Position numbers and translations under genes: made by a program. Shown in pieces: positions 1 through 10,313 of a stretch of 64,000 bases of DNA. Source of the stretch: an uncultured delta proteobacterium. Lineage in GTDB: Bacteria; Desulfobacterota; Binatia; UBA9968. The stretch lies in the NCBI GenBank assembly GCA_963804165.1, contig CAWDPO010000019.1, positions 58,925 to 122,924 of the forward strand. Reading direction: 5' to 3'. Numbering within the stretch: the first letter of the stretch is position 1; each line of letters begins with the position of its first letter. Below the pieces are notes generated by a model. The model saw only the letters and a program-made list of their open reading frames with translations. It searched no databases and was not told the DNA's origin.

Positions 1-814
1 AGTCGTCTTGGACGCGGATAAGCTTGACGCCGACGAAATGCAGCGAATTGCTGCATGGACAAATCTTTCCGAGACGACCTTTGTTCTACCGCCTTCCTCG
101 GCCGTTGCGGATTACAGGTTAAGAATTTTCACTCCGAAACAGGAGTTGCCCTTCGCCGGACATCCGACCATTGGCAGCGCACACGCCGTGCTCGAATGTG
201 GTGTCGTCGCTGCGCCCAACGGAAGGCTTCGCCAAGAATGCCTCGCCGGCGTCATCGAAATTCAAATTGAAAAAGACTCCGGTTGGTGACCGGCACCTTT
301 ATCCGAACGCGCCGAAAGCTAAAATCAGCGCTCTTGAGCCAAGGTCAAATGCACCGGCTAACTGGCAGCATTGGGCGTGTCAGGAGACGCTTCGCGCCCG
401 CCGCTGCGTGTCGATGTCGGCGTGGTCTGGCTGATCACGGACCTCGGCAATGCGGGTATCGTCGACGGGCTGAATCCCGATTTACAAAGCGTGTTAGACA
501 TGAGCGGCGAGACTCGCGCCGCCGGCGTTACGGTTTTCGGTTTGGCGGATGATGATCGAGCGCGCTTGCATGTGCGCTCATTCGCGCCCGCCCTCGGAGT
601 TCCCGAAGATCCTGTTTGCGGCAGCGGCAACGCCAGCGTCGCCGCATATCTAATTCACAACGGATTGATAAGCGAAATTGGCACCGACTACACGGCCCGG
701 CAAGGCATGAACGTCGGTCGTGACGGTTTGGTGACGGTAAAGGTCGATGGCGGCGAGATCAGCATCGGCGGCTATGCGGTGACCTGTATCGACGGCTCGT
801 TATGCATCGCGTGA
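1..814 (+). CDS. PhzF-family epimerase/isomerase (5' end outside window, frameshift near 285-360)
   Basis: Motifs NLSETTF and [11 protein letters not shown] in ORF 8..289, and EDPVCGSGN in ORF 371..814. Confidence 0.9.
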
Positions 815-958
815 TGTCGGCCTGGAGTTGGATTTGATCCTCTTCCACGATGGCAGGGGAAATTCCTTGACCTTGTTCGGTTTCTCGACGAACATCCGAA
901 GGCCGGTTACGACAAAGAGACTAGCCAACAGCCCATACGAAATTAAATCCGATACCAT
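800..958 (-). CDS. Small 52-aa putative membrane protein (below ORF-track cutoff)
   Basis: Read by hand as [52 protein letters not shown], with a GGAGG RBS just upstream, a hydrophobic N-terminus and an AT-rich upstream region. Confidence 0.5.
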   Translation of the reverse strand: MVSDLISYGLLASLFVVTGLRMFVEKPNKVKEFPLPSWKRIKSNSRPTSRDA

Positions 959-1074
959 CGTTCCTCCCATTTATTCAAGCGGGTCTAGTGAACCGGTGTG
1001 TTTTCAAAGATAATCTAAACGCAAAACGCGAGCCATAAGCAGTTTTTCCGGCGACACAGCTAAGTAGTTGAATC

Positions 1075-1095
1075 TAGAATAATCTTGTTATTCTA
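1075..1095. promoter_or_regulatory. Palindromic operator-like site TAGAATAA-N5-TTATTCTA
   Basis: Perfect 8-bp inverted repeat in an AT-rich intergenic segment. Confidence 0.4.
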
Positions 1096-1469
1096 TTCGA
1101 ATCCTCACAGAATACTTTTGCAATCATTTTAGACATTTGTGCTCAATCGCGTAAGCGACGGCGCGAACATTCAGCAGCAGGACAAAGGATCGCGGGTGTC
1201 GTTCCTCATTATCATGCGCAGCTTTTTCCGCTGACACTACCCGTCATCCCTACGCCGTAAGGCTGAGTGACATTGGGAGGCATTGGCGCGAGCTTCTTCG
1301 GGGAAGAGAAGGTGCTGCCGGCACCGAACTGAGAGCAAGTGTCGGCGCGCACAAAAAAACGGGCTATCGTGAAGTTTGCTGCGCGGTACTGCGCAGCGTA
1401 TTTGCGGTTAGAGGCTTTCGCCGGGTCGTTATCTCGGGCGCAAAGCGAGGATCCGACCGAAAACAATTT

Positions 1470-3439
1470 TCACGTCAGCGGCGCTTTGATCGTTTCTCTC
1501 GCGGCCATCGCTGCGCCGTTGGCGCGCGCCAACCACTCGATGCTGACTACGATAATCGCCAGCACAAGCCCAACGGCATTGACGGCCCAGGTTAACGCCG
1601 CGAAGTTGCCGCTGTGAACGATCGGTATCAGCAAGCCTGCAGCCGCGGCGAAAATAGCACGCGCTTGCCCGCGCCGACCGGTCGGAACAAATAGCCCACG
1701 ACGCCGACCCCAAGCAAGATTGCGCCGATGATCGCCGTAAAAACCGACAGCACGACTTCATACCAATGACCGATGAGCAAGAGCGACGGCGAGAAAACGA
1801 ACAGAAACGGCACGACATAGGCGATCATACACAGACGCATCGCGGCCCAGCCGGTCTTGATGGGATCGGTTTTGCCGATCGAAGCCGCGGCGTAACTCGC
1901 CATGCACACCGGCGGCGTCACCATACTGAGCATACCGAAGTAAAAAATAAACAGGTGCGCCGCGATGGGTAAGATGCCGAGCTTTGCCAGTCCGGGCGCG
2001 ACCAATACCGCGAGCAGGACGTATACCGCCGTCGTCGGCATCCCCATGCCGAGAATAATACTGACGATCGCGGTGAGGACCAAAAGCAGCAACGCACTGC
2101 TCTGCCCGATGTTGAGCAGCGTCAGCGTGAGCGTGAAACCGAGTCCCGTGAGCTGCAGCACGCCGATCACGACGCCGGCGAGCCCGGTTATCGCCGCGAT
2201 CTCCAACATGCCTCGGCCGGAGTTAGTGAGAATTTTCAGCATCTCCGGCTAAGCCTAATTTCACCCCAGGCGTAAGAAAGCCGACGATCAACGCCGCCAG
2301 AGCGGCCAAGAGCCCGGCTTCTTCAGGACGCCGATTTAGAAAAAACATCCATACGATTAACACGGTCAGCGGCACCACGAAGCTCGCCGAACGCTTGAGC
2401 ACCGGCAGCAAACTTGGCACTTCGTTGCGCGGCAAACCGCGGATGCCGTTGCGCGCCGCGAGTAAATCCACCTGAATAAACAGCGCGACGTAGTAGAGCA
2501 CCGCAGGCACAGCCGCCGCCAGCGCCACTTGGGCATACGGCATCTGCAAATACTCCGCGATCAAAAACGCCGCCGCGCCCATCACCGGCGGCATGATTTG
2601 TCCGCCGGTCGATGCCACCGCCTCCACCGCGGCGGCAACGGGCGGCGGATAGCCGGCCTTTTTCATCATGGGAATAGTAAAAGCGCCGTCGACCACCACG
2701 TTAGCGACCGCGCTGCCGCTGATGTTTCCGAACAAGCTCGATGAAACGATGGCGATCTTCGCCTGGCCGCCGCGGAAACGCCCCATCAAAGCAAGCGAAA
2801 AATCGCTCAGAAACTCCGCACCACCGACGACGTAGAGCACTTCCCCGAAAATGACAAAGACCACCACGATGCTCGCGCCCACTTGCAGCGCCTGGCCGAA
2901 GATACCGTTGGCGTCGAGATATAAGTATGTGGCGAGCCGATTGATGGACCAGCCGCGACCGTAAAAATCGCCGGGGAATAAGTAGGCGAACAAGGCGTAA
3001 AAAAGAAAACATGCCGCGATGATGACCAACGGCCAGCCGACCAAGTCGGCGCGAGGCTTCGGCAAGCAGGATAATTGTTATGCAACCCAGCGCGACCCGT
3101 TCCGTCGCGATATCGCCCAGTGAGTTAACGATCGATGGGTAGTAGATAAAAACGTAAAGCCCGATCGCCAAACCGGCTAGAGCTGCGATCGCGTCGTACC
3201 ACGGAACGCTATGATCGACCATGACCGGCTTTCGCCGGAATCAGTAAATACGTAGCGCACAGCGCGAGACCGAGAAATAGTCCCATGTATTGCTCGTTGA
3301 AAACGAGCCAGCCGATATACTGCGGCACGTTGAGCAAAAAAAACATGCCGCTCACGGGAATCGCCATCAGCAGACATTGGCCGAGCGTGTTTAGACCCTT
3401 GCCGAGATCTCTGGTACGGACGCTCTCTTCGATTTCCAT
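1470..3439 (-). CDS. TRAP transporter 4TM/12TM fused permease (several frameshifts)
   Basis: Motifs ISGSAVANVV, EAVASTGGQIMPPVMGAAAF, LGMGMPTTAVY and HLFIFYFGMLSMVTPPV across ORFs 3209..3466, 2701..3222, 2223..3065 and 1628..2242. Confidence 0.92.
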
Positions 3440-3517
3440 GAAAGCTAATCCCTCTTTAAATCCCACGTGGCGACTGCGACGCGCTTGTCGTTCTCCATCT
3501 AGCCGCTTGGTCTCACC

Positions 3518-4559
3518 TTAGCTGCAAATCTCCTTGGTTCGAGCGTCGTGTTTCGCGGTCCAGATGCCAACCTGCTTATAAAATCCCACCGCGCCCGAGT
3601 GGTAGGGAACGGTAAAATTCGACAATGGCTTGCGTATCTTTGGTCCAGCGCTTGAACAGCGGGTGAATGGTCTGAAGCTCCGCCAAGTTGTCCCACCAGG
3701 CTTTCAGCAACGTCATGATCGCCTTGTCGCTCACCTTCGCCGAGCTGACCAATTGGAGCGGATAGCCAATCACATAGGTATCGCCTTTGATGCCGGTGGC
3801 CGCGTCGGACTTCACCACCGAAGCGCCATAGCGCCCGAGAATCTTGTTGGCGGCATCGGTGTGCGGCATGCTGAGGAAACGTATCGGTTCCATCGCATTG
3901 GCTTCTTCGACCACGCCGATGCCGACCGCGGTAAACGCAGCGTCGACTTTTCCTTCGGGCACGTTTCTGACGCCGTCGTTGAGGTTCGACACCCTAACTT
4001 GCGACACATCCGCTGGTTTCAAGCCACCCGCTTCCATGACAGCGTTTTGCCACGTCTGGTTGATGGCGTGTCCGCCGTAATCCCAAGCGACTCTTTTACC
4101 TTTGAGATCGCTGATTTGCTTGATGTCCGACCTGTCACGAACGATGAGCCCGGCCGTAAACGGAAAAACGCCGCCCGAAATCACGCGCACGCTGGGATAG
4201 GCGGTTTTGTAGTTGCCCGTTCCGGTCGCCGCCATATGCGAATCGAGAATATTGATGATCCCCATCTCGATCTCGCCGCCTTCCAGCAGCGGTATCCAGG
4301 CGTTGGGACCGTTATAAGGCTGCACTTTCGCCGAGATCGGCGTTGCTTTGCTGGCCACCGCGGCAAGACCTGACGCGATGGCGTGGGCGCCGGTGCCTGC
4401 CGGATTCGTGCCGATCGCCGCGGTGCGCGGCAGTGCGTCGCTTTTATTGGTCGCCGGCCCGCAGTCGAGCTTGGCTTGTGCGAATGGCGCCTGCGCCGCG
4501 AAGAACAATGCGACCGCGGTAAGCGCACTAATTTTCTGGGACGGTTTTTTCTGAACCAT
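3518..4559 (-). CDS. TAXI-family TRAP solute-binding protein (frameshift near C-terminus)
   Basis: Signal peptide, GTNPAGTG, SDLKGKRVA; lies next to the TRAP fusion permease; C-terminus YHSGAVGFY..EICS* is in another frame. Confidence 0.88.
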
Positions 4560-4592
4560 TACTCCATCACTCCTTCACTCCATATTTCTTCT

Positions 4593-5651
4593 TCAGCTAC
4601 AGATCTCCTTCGCGCGCGCGTCATGCTTCGCGGTCCAGACTCCCGCCTCTTTATAAAATTTGACCGCGCCCGAATGATACGGCACGGTGAAGTTGGTGAG
4701 CGCCTGCACGTCCTTCGTCCATTTCTTAAATTGCGGGTGGATCGTGTGCAGTTCGGCGAGATTGTCCCACCAGGCTTTGAGCAAAGTCGAAACCGTCCGA
4801 TCGTTGACCTTGGTCGACGACGCCACGTGGAGAGCATAACCGATCACGTCCGTATCTCCTCTGATGCCCGCGGCCGGATCTTGACGCACGATCGATGCGC
4901 CGTATTTAGCGAGAATTTTATTCGATGCCTCGCCGACCGGCAGGCTCAAGAACCGAATCGGCTCCATGGCGTTGGCTTCCTCATTGATGCCGATCCCGAT
5001 GGCGGCGAACGTCGCGTCGACTCTGCCCTCGGGCACGGCGCGGATCGCGTCGTTGAGATTGGAAAAACGCACCTGCACGACGTCGCTCGGTTTAAGGCCG
5101 CTGACTTCCATCGCGGCGCCCTGCCAGGTCTGCGTGATCGCGTGGCCGCCGAAATCCCAGGCCATGCGCTTGCCCTTTAAATCGCTCGGCCGTCTGATGT
5201 CCGATTTATCGCGCACCATGATGCTGCCGGTGAATGGAAAAACCCCGCCCGAAACGATGCGAATCATCGGATACGCTTTTTTATAGTTACCCGTGCCCGT
5301 AGCGGCCATATGGGCATCGAGAATATTGATAAAACCGAACTCGATCTCGCCGCTTTCCATCAGCGGCATCCAGGCGTTGGGGCCGTTGTAGGGCTGCACT
5401 TTCGCCGAGATCGGCGTGACTTTGCTGCCGACGGCGGCCAAGCCGGAAGCCATCGAATGCGCGCCGGTGCCGGGCAAGTTCGACGCGATTGCCACGGTGC
5501 GCGGCAGATCATTGCTCGTGTTGGTTACCGGGCTGCAATCGACTTTGGCTGCCGCGACTCCGCCAAGTTGAGCGTAAGGCAAAAACAGAAAGGTTAGCGC
5601 GAGGACAATTCGTAAGCCGGCGTTTTCTGTTTTCATTTGGGGCGCCTCCAC
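4593..5651 (-). CDS. TAXI-family TRAP solute-binding protein (tandem paralog)
   Basis: Shares long blocks with its neighbour (TPISAKVQPYNGPNAW, LLKAWWDNLAEL); C-terminal PYHSGAVKFYKEAGVW motif. Confidence 0.9.
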   Translation of the reverse strand: MEAPQMKTENAGLRIVLALTFLFLPYAQLGGVAAAKVDCSPVTNTSNDLPRTVAIASNLPGTGAHSMASGLAAVGSKVTPISAKVQPYNGPNAWMPLMESGEIEFGFINILDAHMAATGTGNYKKAYPMIRIVSGGVFPFTGSIMVRDKSDIRRPSDLKGKRMAWDFGGHAITQTWQGAAMEVSGLKPSDVVQVRFSNLNDAIRAVPEGRVDATFAAIGIGINEEANAMEPIRFLSLPVGEASNKILAKYGASIVRQDPAAGIRGDTDVIGYALHVASSTKVNDRTVSTLLKAWWDNLAELHTIHPQFKKWTKDVQALTNFTVPYHSGAVKFYKEAGVWTAKHDARAKEICS

Positions 5652-5663
5652 TTCAGTCCGTTA

Positions 5664-6728
5664 TCAATCCTTGAGCCGGTAAAATCGCCGAGCGTTTTCC
5701 GCGAGAATTTTTCGCTTGGCGGTATCCGCGATATCCGCTCGCGCCTCGATGCCGGGAATGTCTTCGAGATATTGCGCTCGCTGGCGCTCGTGCGGATAAT
5801 CGGATGCGAAGAAAATGTGATCCTCGCCGAAGAGTTCGAGCACGTAAGGCAACGTGCGCTCCTCGGATTCGAGCGAAACGTACACCTGCCCGCCGGCGAT
5901 GTAAGCGCTCGGCAGCCGCTTGAGCCGCGGCGCCCACTTCTTGCCCCGCCGCTCGAAGTCCTCATCGAGTCGGTCCATCATAAACGGAATCCAGCCGGCA
6001 CCGGATTCGAGATAGGCCACGCGCAACTGCGGAAACAGCTCGAACACGCCCTGGAAGATCATGTGGGTCAATTGGATCATCAACGGCAGCGGATGTTCGA
6101 GCGCGTGGACTTCGGCGAAAGAATCGAAAAAATCGAAGCCCAGGCCGCGGCTCGGCGCGCCATGGACGGCGAGGGGCATGTCGAGCTTGCACGCTTCTTC
6201 GTAGATCGGGAAAAAACTCTCATCGCCGTAACCTTTATGCAAACAAGTCACCGACGGCAGCATCGCGCCCGGCATGCCGAGCTCATGTTTTGCCCGGCGC
6301 AATTCTTGAACCGCTGCCGCGACGTCGTGGATCGGGATCAAAGCCGCGCCGAGAATGCGCCCGGTCTTTTTCGTGTAAGTGGCGTGCAACCAGGAATTGT
6401 AAGCGCGCGCGATCTCCACCGCCCACGCCGGATCTTGAATCAAGCCGAATGCCAACGCCGCGGTGGGATAGACGACGGTGGTTTGAATCCCGCATTCGTC
6501 GAGAAAAGAAAGCCAGGTGTCGCAGTCGGGATAATCGCGCAGCCCCGGCGAGCTCATGCCGGACAGCCGGGCCCAGCCATCGAGGGAAGGGAATGGCGAA
6601 AAGGTGTCCGCCCAGCTTTCGTCCTTGCTGGTGCCGCGATAATTGCCGCCCAAGAACTCCAAGATCTCTTTGCTGCGCTCGGTGATATGACCGTCGCCAT
6701 CGATGACGGGAAATCGGTTCTGTCTCAT
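5664..6728 (-). CDS. Amidohydrolase family (Amidohydro_2-like)
   Basis: Motifs IDGDGH, ARAYNSWL, LAVHG, YLESGAGW, FASDYPH. Confidence 0.9.
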   Translation of the reverse strand: MRQNRFPVIDGDGHITERSKEILEFLGGNYRGTSKDESWADTFSPFPSLDGWARLSGMSSPGLRDYPDCDTWLSFLDECGIQTTVVYPTAALAFGLIQDPAWAVEIARAYNSWLHATYTKKTGRILGAALIPIHDVAAAVQELRRAKHELGMPGAMLPSVTCLHKGYGDESFFPIYEEACKLDMPLAVHGAPSRGLGFDFFDSFAEVHALEHPLPLMIQLTHMIFQGVFELFPQLRVAYLESGAGWIPFMMDRLDEDFERRGKKWAPRLKRLPSAYIAGGQVYVSLESEERTLPYVLELFGEDHIFFASDYPHERQRAQYLEDIPGIEARADIADTAKRKILAENARRFYRLKD

Positions 6729-6896
6729 GCAACGAACTGCCTTTCATAGCCACGGCGGCAAAAGCGTCACTACGAGCCGCTATCTATTTACCGACCATCG
6801 CAACATTGTCAAGCTCGATCGGCAAAGGCTTTGTCCTTGGTGGGATGTCATCGAACTTCGACACTTGAGATTCGAAGCTATAGTTTGCCGCTCAGG

Positions 6897-7958
6897 CTAG
6901 ATCTTGTAAAAGCGCCGCGCGTTTTCTCGCAGGACCGCCCGTTTATCTTGGTTCGACAGCGGCGCTTCGGCGACCTCTTCGATCTCGTGCATGATGTCAT
7001 CCGGGCCGATCTCATGAGGAAAATCACTGGCGAACAAAAAGTGCTGATTGCCGGCTCGTTGAATCTGGTAAGGCAGCCCTTCTTCGTTGCCCTCGCAGCC
7101 GATGAAGACCTGACCGTTTTTGATGTAGTCGCTCGGGCGCTGCTCGGCGGACGGCCCCTTGTATTTTCCGCGTAGGTCGAGCTCAAGATGATAGGAGTGT
7201 GAGCGATCCAAGCGGTCCATCCAGAACGTCACCCAGCCGGCACCGCCTTCCAAGAAACCCATGCGCAGGCCGGGAAACTGATCGAAGACGCCGTGATAAA
7301 CCATGCCCGTAAATGCAATGATCAGAGACAACGGATGGCCGAGGCCGTGGATGGGAATGAAAGTCTCGAAGGTGTCCAGGCCCATACCGTGATGCGCGCC
7401 GCCATGAACTCCCAATGCGCAACCTAAACGCTCGGCTTCAGCGTAGACGGGCCAATAGGTTTTGTGGCCGAGATCGAGCGGCAATCCGCGCGAGGGTAAC
7501 ATCGCGCCGACGAAGCCCAACTCGGTGATTGCCCGGCGCAACTCGACCACAGCCTCGTCGACGTCCTGCATAGGCAACAGTGCCATGCCCTTGAGCCGCG
7601 GACTCTGCTTCAAATAGCGCTCGTGCAGCCAGTCATTGTAGGCGCGTGCCACGTAGCAAGCCCAATCGGGATGGCTGATGTTGCCGATGCGTAATCCCTT
7701 GGTGGGAAACAGCACGGCATACTCGATGTCGGCCATCTCGACGAAGTCCATCCATTCCTTAGGCCCAACCCGCTTGCCGCCGCCAAAGGATTTCTTGTTC
7801 CGCGTGCTATGCCCGCCGATATGATGAAAATCCAAAGACGGGAACAAACGGTCCCAGCTCAACTGATGGTCTTGCTCCCGATAAGATTTCTCCAAATAAT
7901 CGAACAAACTCTCATCCTCGATGACGTGCCCGTCCGCATCGATAATTTTATAATCCAT
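6897..7958 (-). CDS. Amidohydrolase family (Amidohydro_2-like)
   Basis: Motifs IDADGH, ARAYNDWL, LGVHG, FLEGGAGW, FASDFPH; GGAGG RBS before MDYK. Confidence 0.9.
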   Translation of the reverse strand: MDYKIIDADGHVIEDESLFDYLEKSYREQDHQLSWDRLFPSLDFHHIGGHSTRNKKSFGGGKRVGPKEWMDFVEMADIEYAVLFPTKGLRIGNISHPDWACYVARAYNDWLHERYLKQSPRLKGMALLPMQDVDEAVVELRRAITELGFVGAMLPSRGLPLDLGHKTYWPVYAEAERLGCALGVHGGAHHGMGLDTFETFIPIHGLGHPLSLIIAFTGMVYHGVFDQFPGLRMGFLEGGAGWVTFWMDRLDRSHSYHLELDLRGKYKGPSAEQRPSDYIKNGQVFIGCEGNEEGLPYQIQRAGNQHFLFASDFPHEIGPDDIMHEIEEVAEAPLSNQDKRAVLRENARRFYKI

Positions 7959-8009
7959 CGTTCCTCCGCACTTATTCAAAAACCGTACTCACGAAGATGT
8001 TCCTCAAGA

Positions 8010-8088
8010 TGTCATTCTGAGGCGAAGCGGAAGAATCAGCTTTTTTCAGCCCACGGCAAAGCAGATGCTTCGCGGATTTTATCCTGAG
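8010..8088. repeat. REP-like palindromic doublet (TGTCATTCTGAG...GATGCTTCGCGGA..TATCCTGAG)
   Basis: A related copy lies in opposite orientation at 45007..45100. Confidence 0.65.
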
Positions 8089-8135
8089 TGGCGCACTACT
8101 GTTCGGGTCACGCACGACGAAGCTCTCTTTGTCGC

Positions 8136-9146
8136 CTACTTGCCCTCTTTCAGCTCCCGCACCGCTTCATTCAAGAAACTTTCGTCGATATACTTGGTAG
8201 CGCTCGGCAATGGCCCCTTCGTCTGATTTTGCTCCGCTGCCATTTGGATCACTGCTTTCATCCCCTCCAGGTTCACACGGCCGTCGTAGTCCCACGCCTT
8301 GTTGCCGGCGTAATACTGCCAAGCTTGGCGCGCATGGCCGGGCTTGAAACCGAATTCTTTGATCATGAAATCGGTCGCCGGCGCCTCGTTGTCCTGCAGC
8401 CAGCGAATCGCGCGCACCCAACCCTTTAGAAATCGCACCTGCAAACGTCGATTTTTCTCCGACCATGCACGGCTTCCGGCCAGGACCGTAAGCTGAAAAT
8501 TAGGAAACACTTCCATGAAGCTGCCGATGGCGTGATAGCCCAACTCCTCGGCGGCGAAATTGTACGGCAAAGCCAACGGCGCGGCGGCGATCTGATTGGA
8601 AGTGAGCGCGGTGAAAAGTTGCGGCGTCCCGCCGATGATGAGCAACTTGTAGTCGCGCGGATACTCCAATCCCTTGGCTTTGAGCACATGGCGCAGCACC
8701 AATCCGGTGCCGGCGGTCAAGCTGATCGTGCCGACCGTGGCGCCGCGCAGATCCTCGAACGTTTTGTAATTCTTGCCGCCGAGAATCCAGTGCGCCAGGC
8801 GCTGCGTGTTGCCGGCGATGATCGCGGCATCCAAGCCGCGGTCGGCCGCGATCATAGGCGCATCAGGCGCCAAGAGCGCGGCATAGACCGATCCTCCAAT
8901 CAAAGCCTGGATCGATCTGTCTGAGCCGCGAATGACGACAGGTTGAACGTCCAGTCCCTGTTGAGCGAAGAAACCCTGCCTCACCCCCGCCCACAACGGA
9001 CTGTATCCAGCCGTCTTGGTTGAAGCGGCTACAGGAAATGTGACTTTTTCTTGCGCTGCGGCGGCAGAGACACAGCACTCAAACAGAATTGCGACAAGAA
9101 GAAATTTCCTAACGGCGCTCATCGTCATCCGCCTCATGTTTCCCAC
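8136..9146 (-). CDS. ABC transporter substrate-binding protein, NMT1/SsuA-like
   Basis: Signal peptide; GFFAQQGLDV, EDLRGATVG, YIDESFL. Confidence 0.88.
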   Translation of the reverse strand: MGNMRRMTMSAVRKFLLVAILFECCVSAAAAQEKVTFPVAASTKTAGYSPLWAGVRQGFFAQQGLDVQPVVIRGSDRSIQALIGGSVYAALLAPDAPMIAADRGLDAAIIAGNTQRLAHWILGGKNYKTFEDLRGATVGTISLTAGTGLVLRHVLKAKGLEYPRDYKLLIIGGTPQLFTALTSNQIAAAPLALPYNFAAEELGYHAIGSFMEVFPNFQLTVLAGSRAWSEKNRRLQVRFLKGWVRAIRWLQDNEAPATDFMIKEFGFKPGHARQAWQYYAGNKAWDYDGRVNLEGMKAVIQMAAEQNQTKGPLPSATKYIDESFLNEAVRELKEGK

Positions 9147-9156
9147 GGTGGAAGCC

Positions 9157-10215
9157 TCAGTTCCAAATTGTGATGCCCATCAAGTTCGTTCCGGCTTCCA
9201 AATCGTGAAAGGCGTCGTTGATCTCGTCGAAACGATAGCGTTTGGAGATCAACCCCGCTACTTCGACCCGCTTGTCGCGCACCATGTTGAGCACTTCCAC
9301 GACATCGGTGGGACGGCGCAGAGCCACCCCCGCGATTTTTATCTCTTGCATCGTGAAACTGCCGTCGCTGATCGTGAACGGCACTTTGCCGAGCCCGCCG
9401 ATAATCGTCGCCGTGCCGCCGGGCCGGGTCGCTTGGATGATTTGATCGGCGGTCTTGACGTTGCCGAGCGCCTCGAACGCCTTGTTCACGCCGCCGTCGG
9501 TCAGGTCGCGCACCGCCTTGACCGGATCTTCTTTCGCGCCGTTGACCGTGTGAGTTGCGCCGAATTTTTTTGCCGCTTCCAGCTTGGCGTCGAGCACATC
9601 GACGGCAATGATCGGATAGGCGCCGAACGTCCGCAGAAATTGAATCGTGTTGAGCCCCACCCCACCGCAGCCGATGACCAATGCGGAATCGCCGGGTTTG
9701 ATCTCCGCGGAGTTTTTTACCGCGTTGTACGCCGTCGTCATGCGGCAACCGACGACGCTCGCTTCGTCGAGCGATAAGCCTTCCGGCAACTTGAAGATCA
9801 TGTAGCCCGGCAGCGCGAGATACTGCGAAAACCCGCCGACGTTCCAGCGATAGATATCCTCGCCATCCATCCGCTTCAGTGACGCCGGCGCGGGCCGCGC
9901 GCGGCACAGATTCTCCCTGCCGGAAACACAATACTGGCAGTGACCGCAACGATAGCGCGTGCCGACGATGACCGCATCGCCGGCTTTGAAAGCGCTCCGC
10001 TGGCTGCTGCCAACCTCTTCGATCGTCCCGGACACTTCATGGCCGATGATCGCCGGCATGCGGCTCTGAATGCGGCCTTCGATGACTTTATGGTCGGTAT
10101 GGCAAACCCCGCAAGCTTTCACCTTGATCAAGACCTCGTCTGGAGAAATCGCGGGCATTTCGAAATCTTCGATGCTTAAAGGGCCGTGAACTTCGTGCAG
10201 AACCGCAGCTTTCAT
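9157..10215 (-). CDS. Zn-dependent alcohol dehydrogenase (MDR family)
   Basis: CGVCHTD, GHE, structural CGHCQYC..C, GCGGVG. Confidence 0.93.
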   Translation of the reverse strand: MKAAVLHEVHGPLSIEDFEMPAISPDEVLIKVKACGVCHTDHKVIEGRIQSRMPAIIGHEVSGTIEEVGSSQRSAFKAGDAVIVGTRYRCGHCQYCVSGRENLCRARPAPASLKRMDGEDIYRWNVGGFSQYLALPGYMIFKLPEGLSLDEASVVGCRMTTAYNAVKNSAEIKPGDSALVIGCGGVGLNTIQFLRTFGAYPIIAVDVLDAKLEAAKKFGATHTVNGAKEDPVKAVRDLTDGGVNKAFEALGNVKTADQIIQATRPGGTATIIGGLGKVPFTISDGSFTMQEIKIAGVALRRPTDVVEVLNMVRDKRVEVAGLISKRYRFDEINDAFHDLEAGTNLMGITIWN

Positions 10216-10313
10216 TGAATCCTCCTTCGATGCACGATCCTACTATAGGTTGGAACGAGTTTGTCAAACAATCAGCGGAATCGAGTTCGAAGGTTGGAAT
10301 CAGGAAATATTTC

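Noticed and set aside
1-814. Phenazine biosynthesis cluster
   Set aside because: Only a PhzF-like gene is visible and stand-alone homologues are common. The upstream context lies outside the window.
1212-1466. 84-aa minus-strand ORF and small hairpin downstream of the TRAP permease
   Set aside because: No recognisable motif or RBS, and I cannot support an ncRNA call
5637-6749. Long antisense ORFs (also 33571..34644, 52250..53509, 30146..31027, 57774..58181 and others)
   Set aside because: These are shadow frames of well-supported genes in GC-rich DNA, with no recognisable motifs
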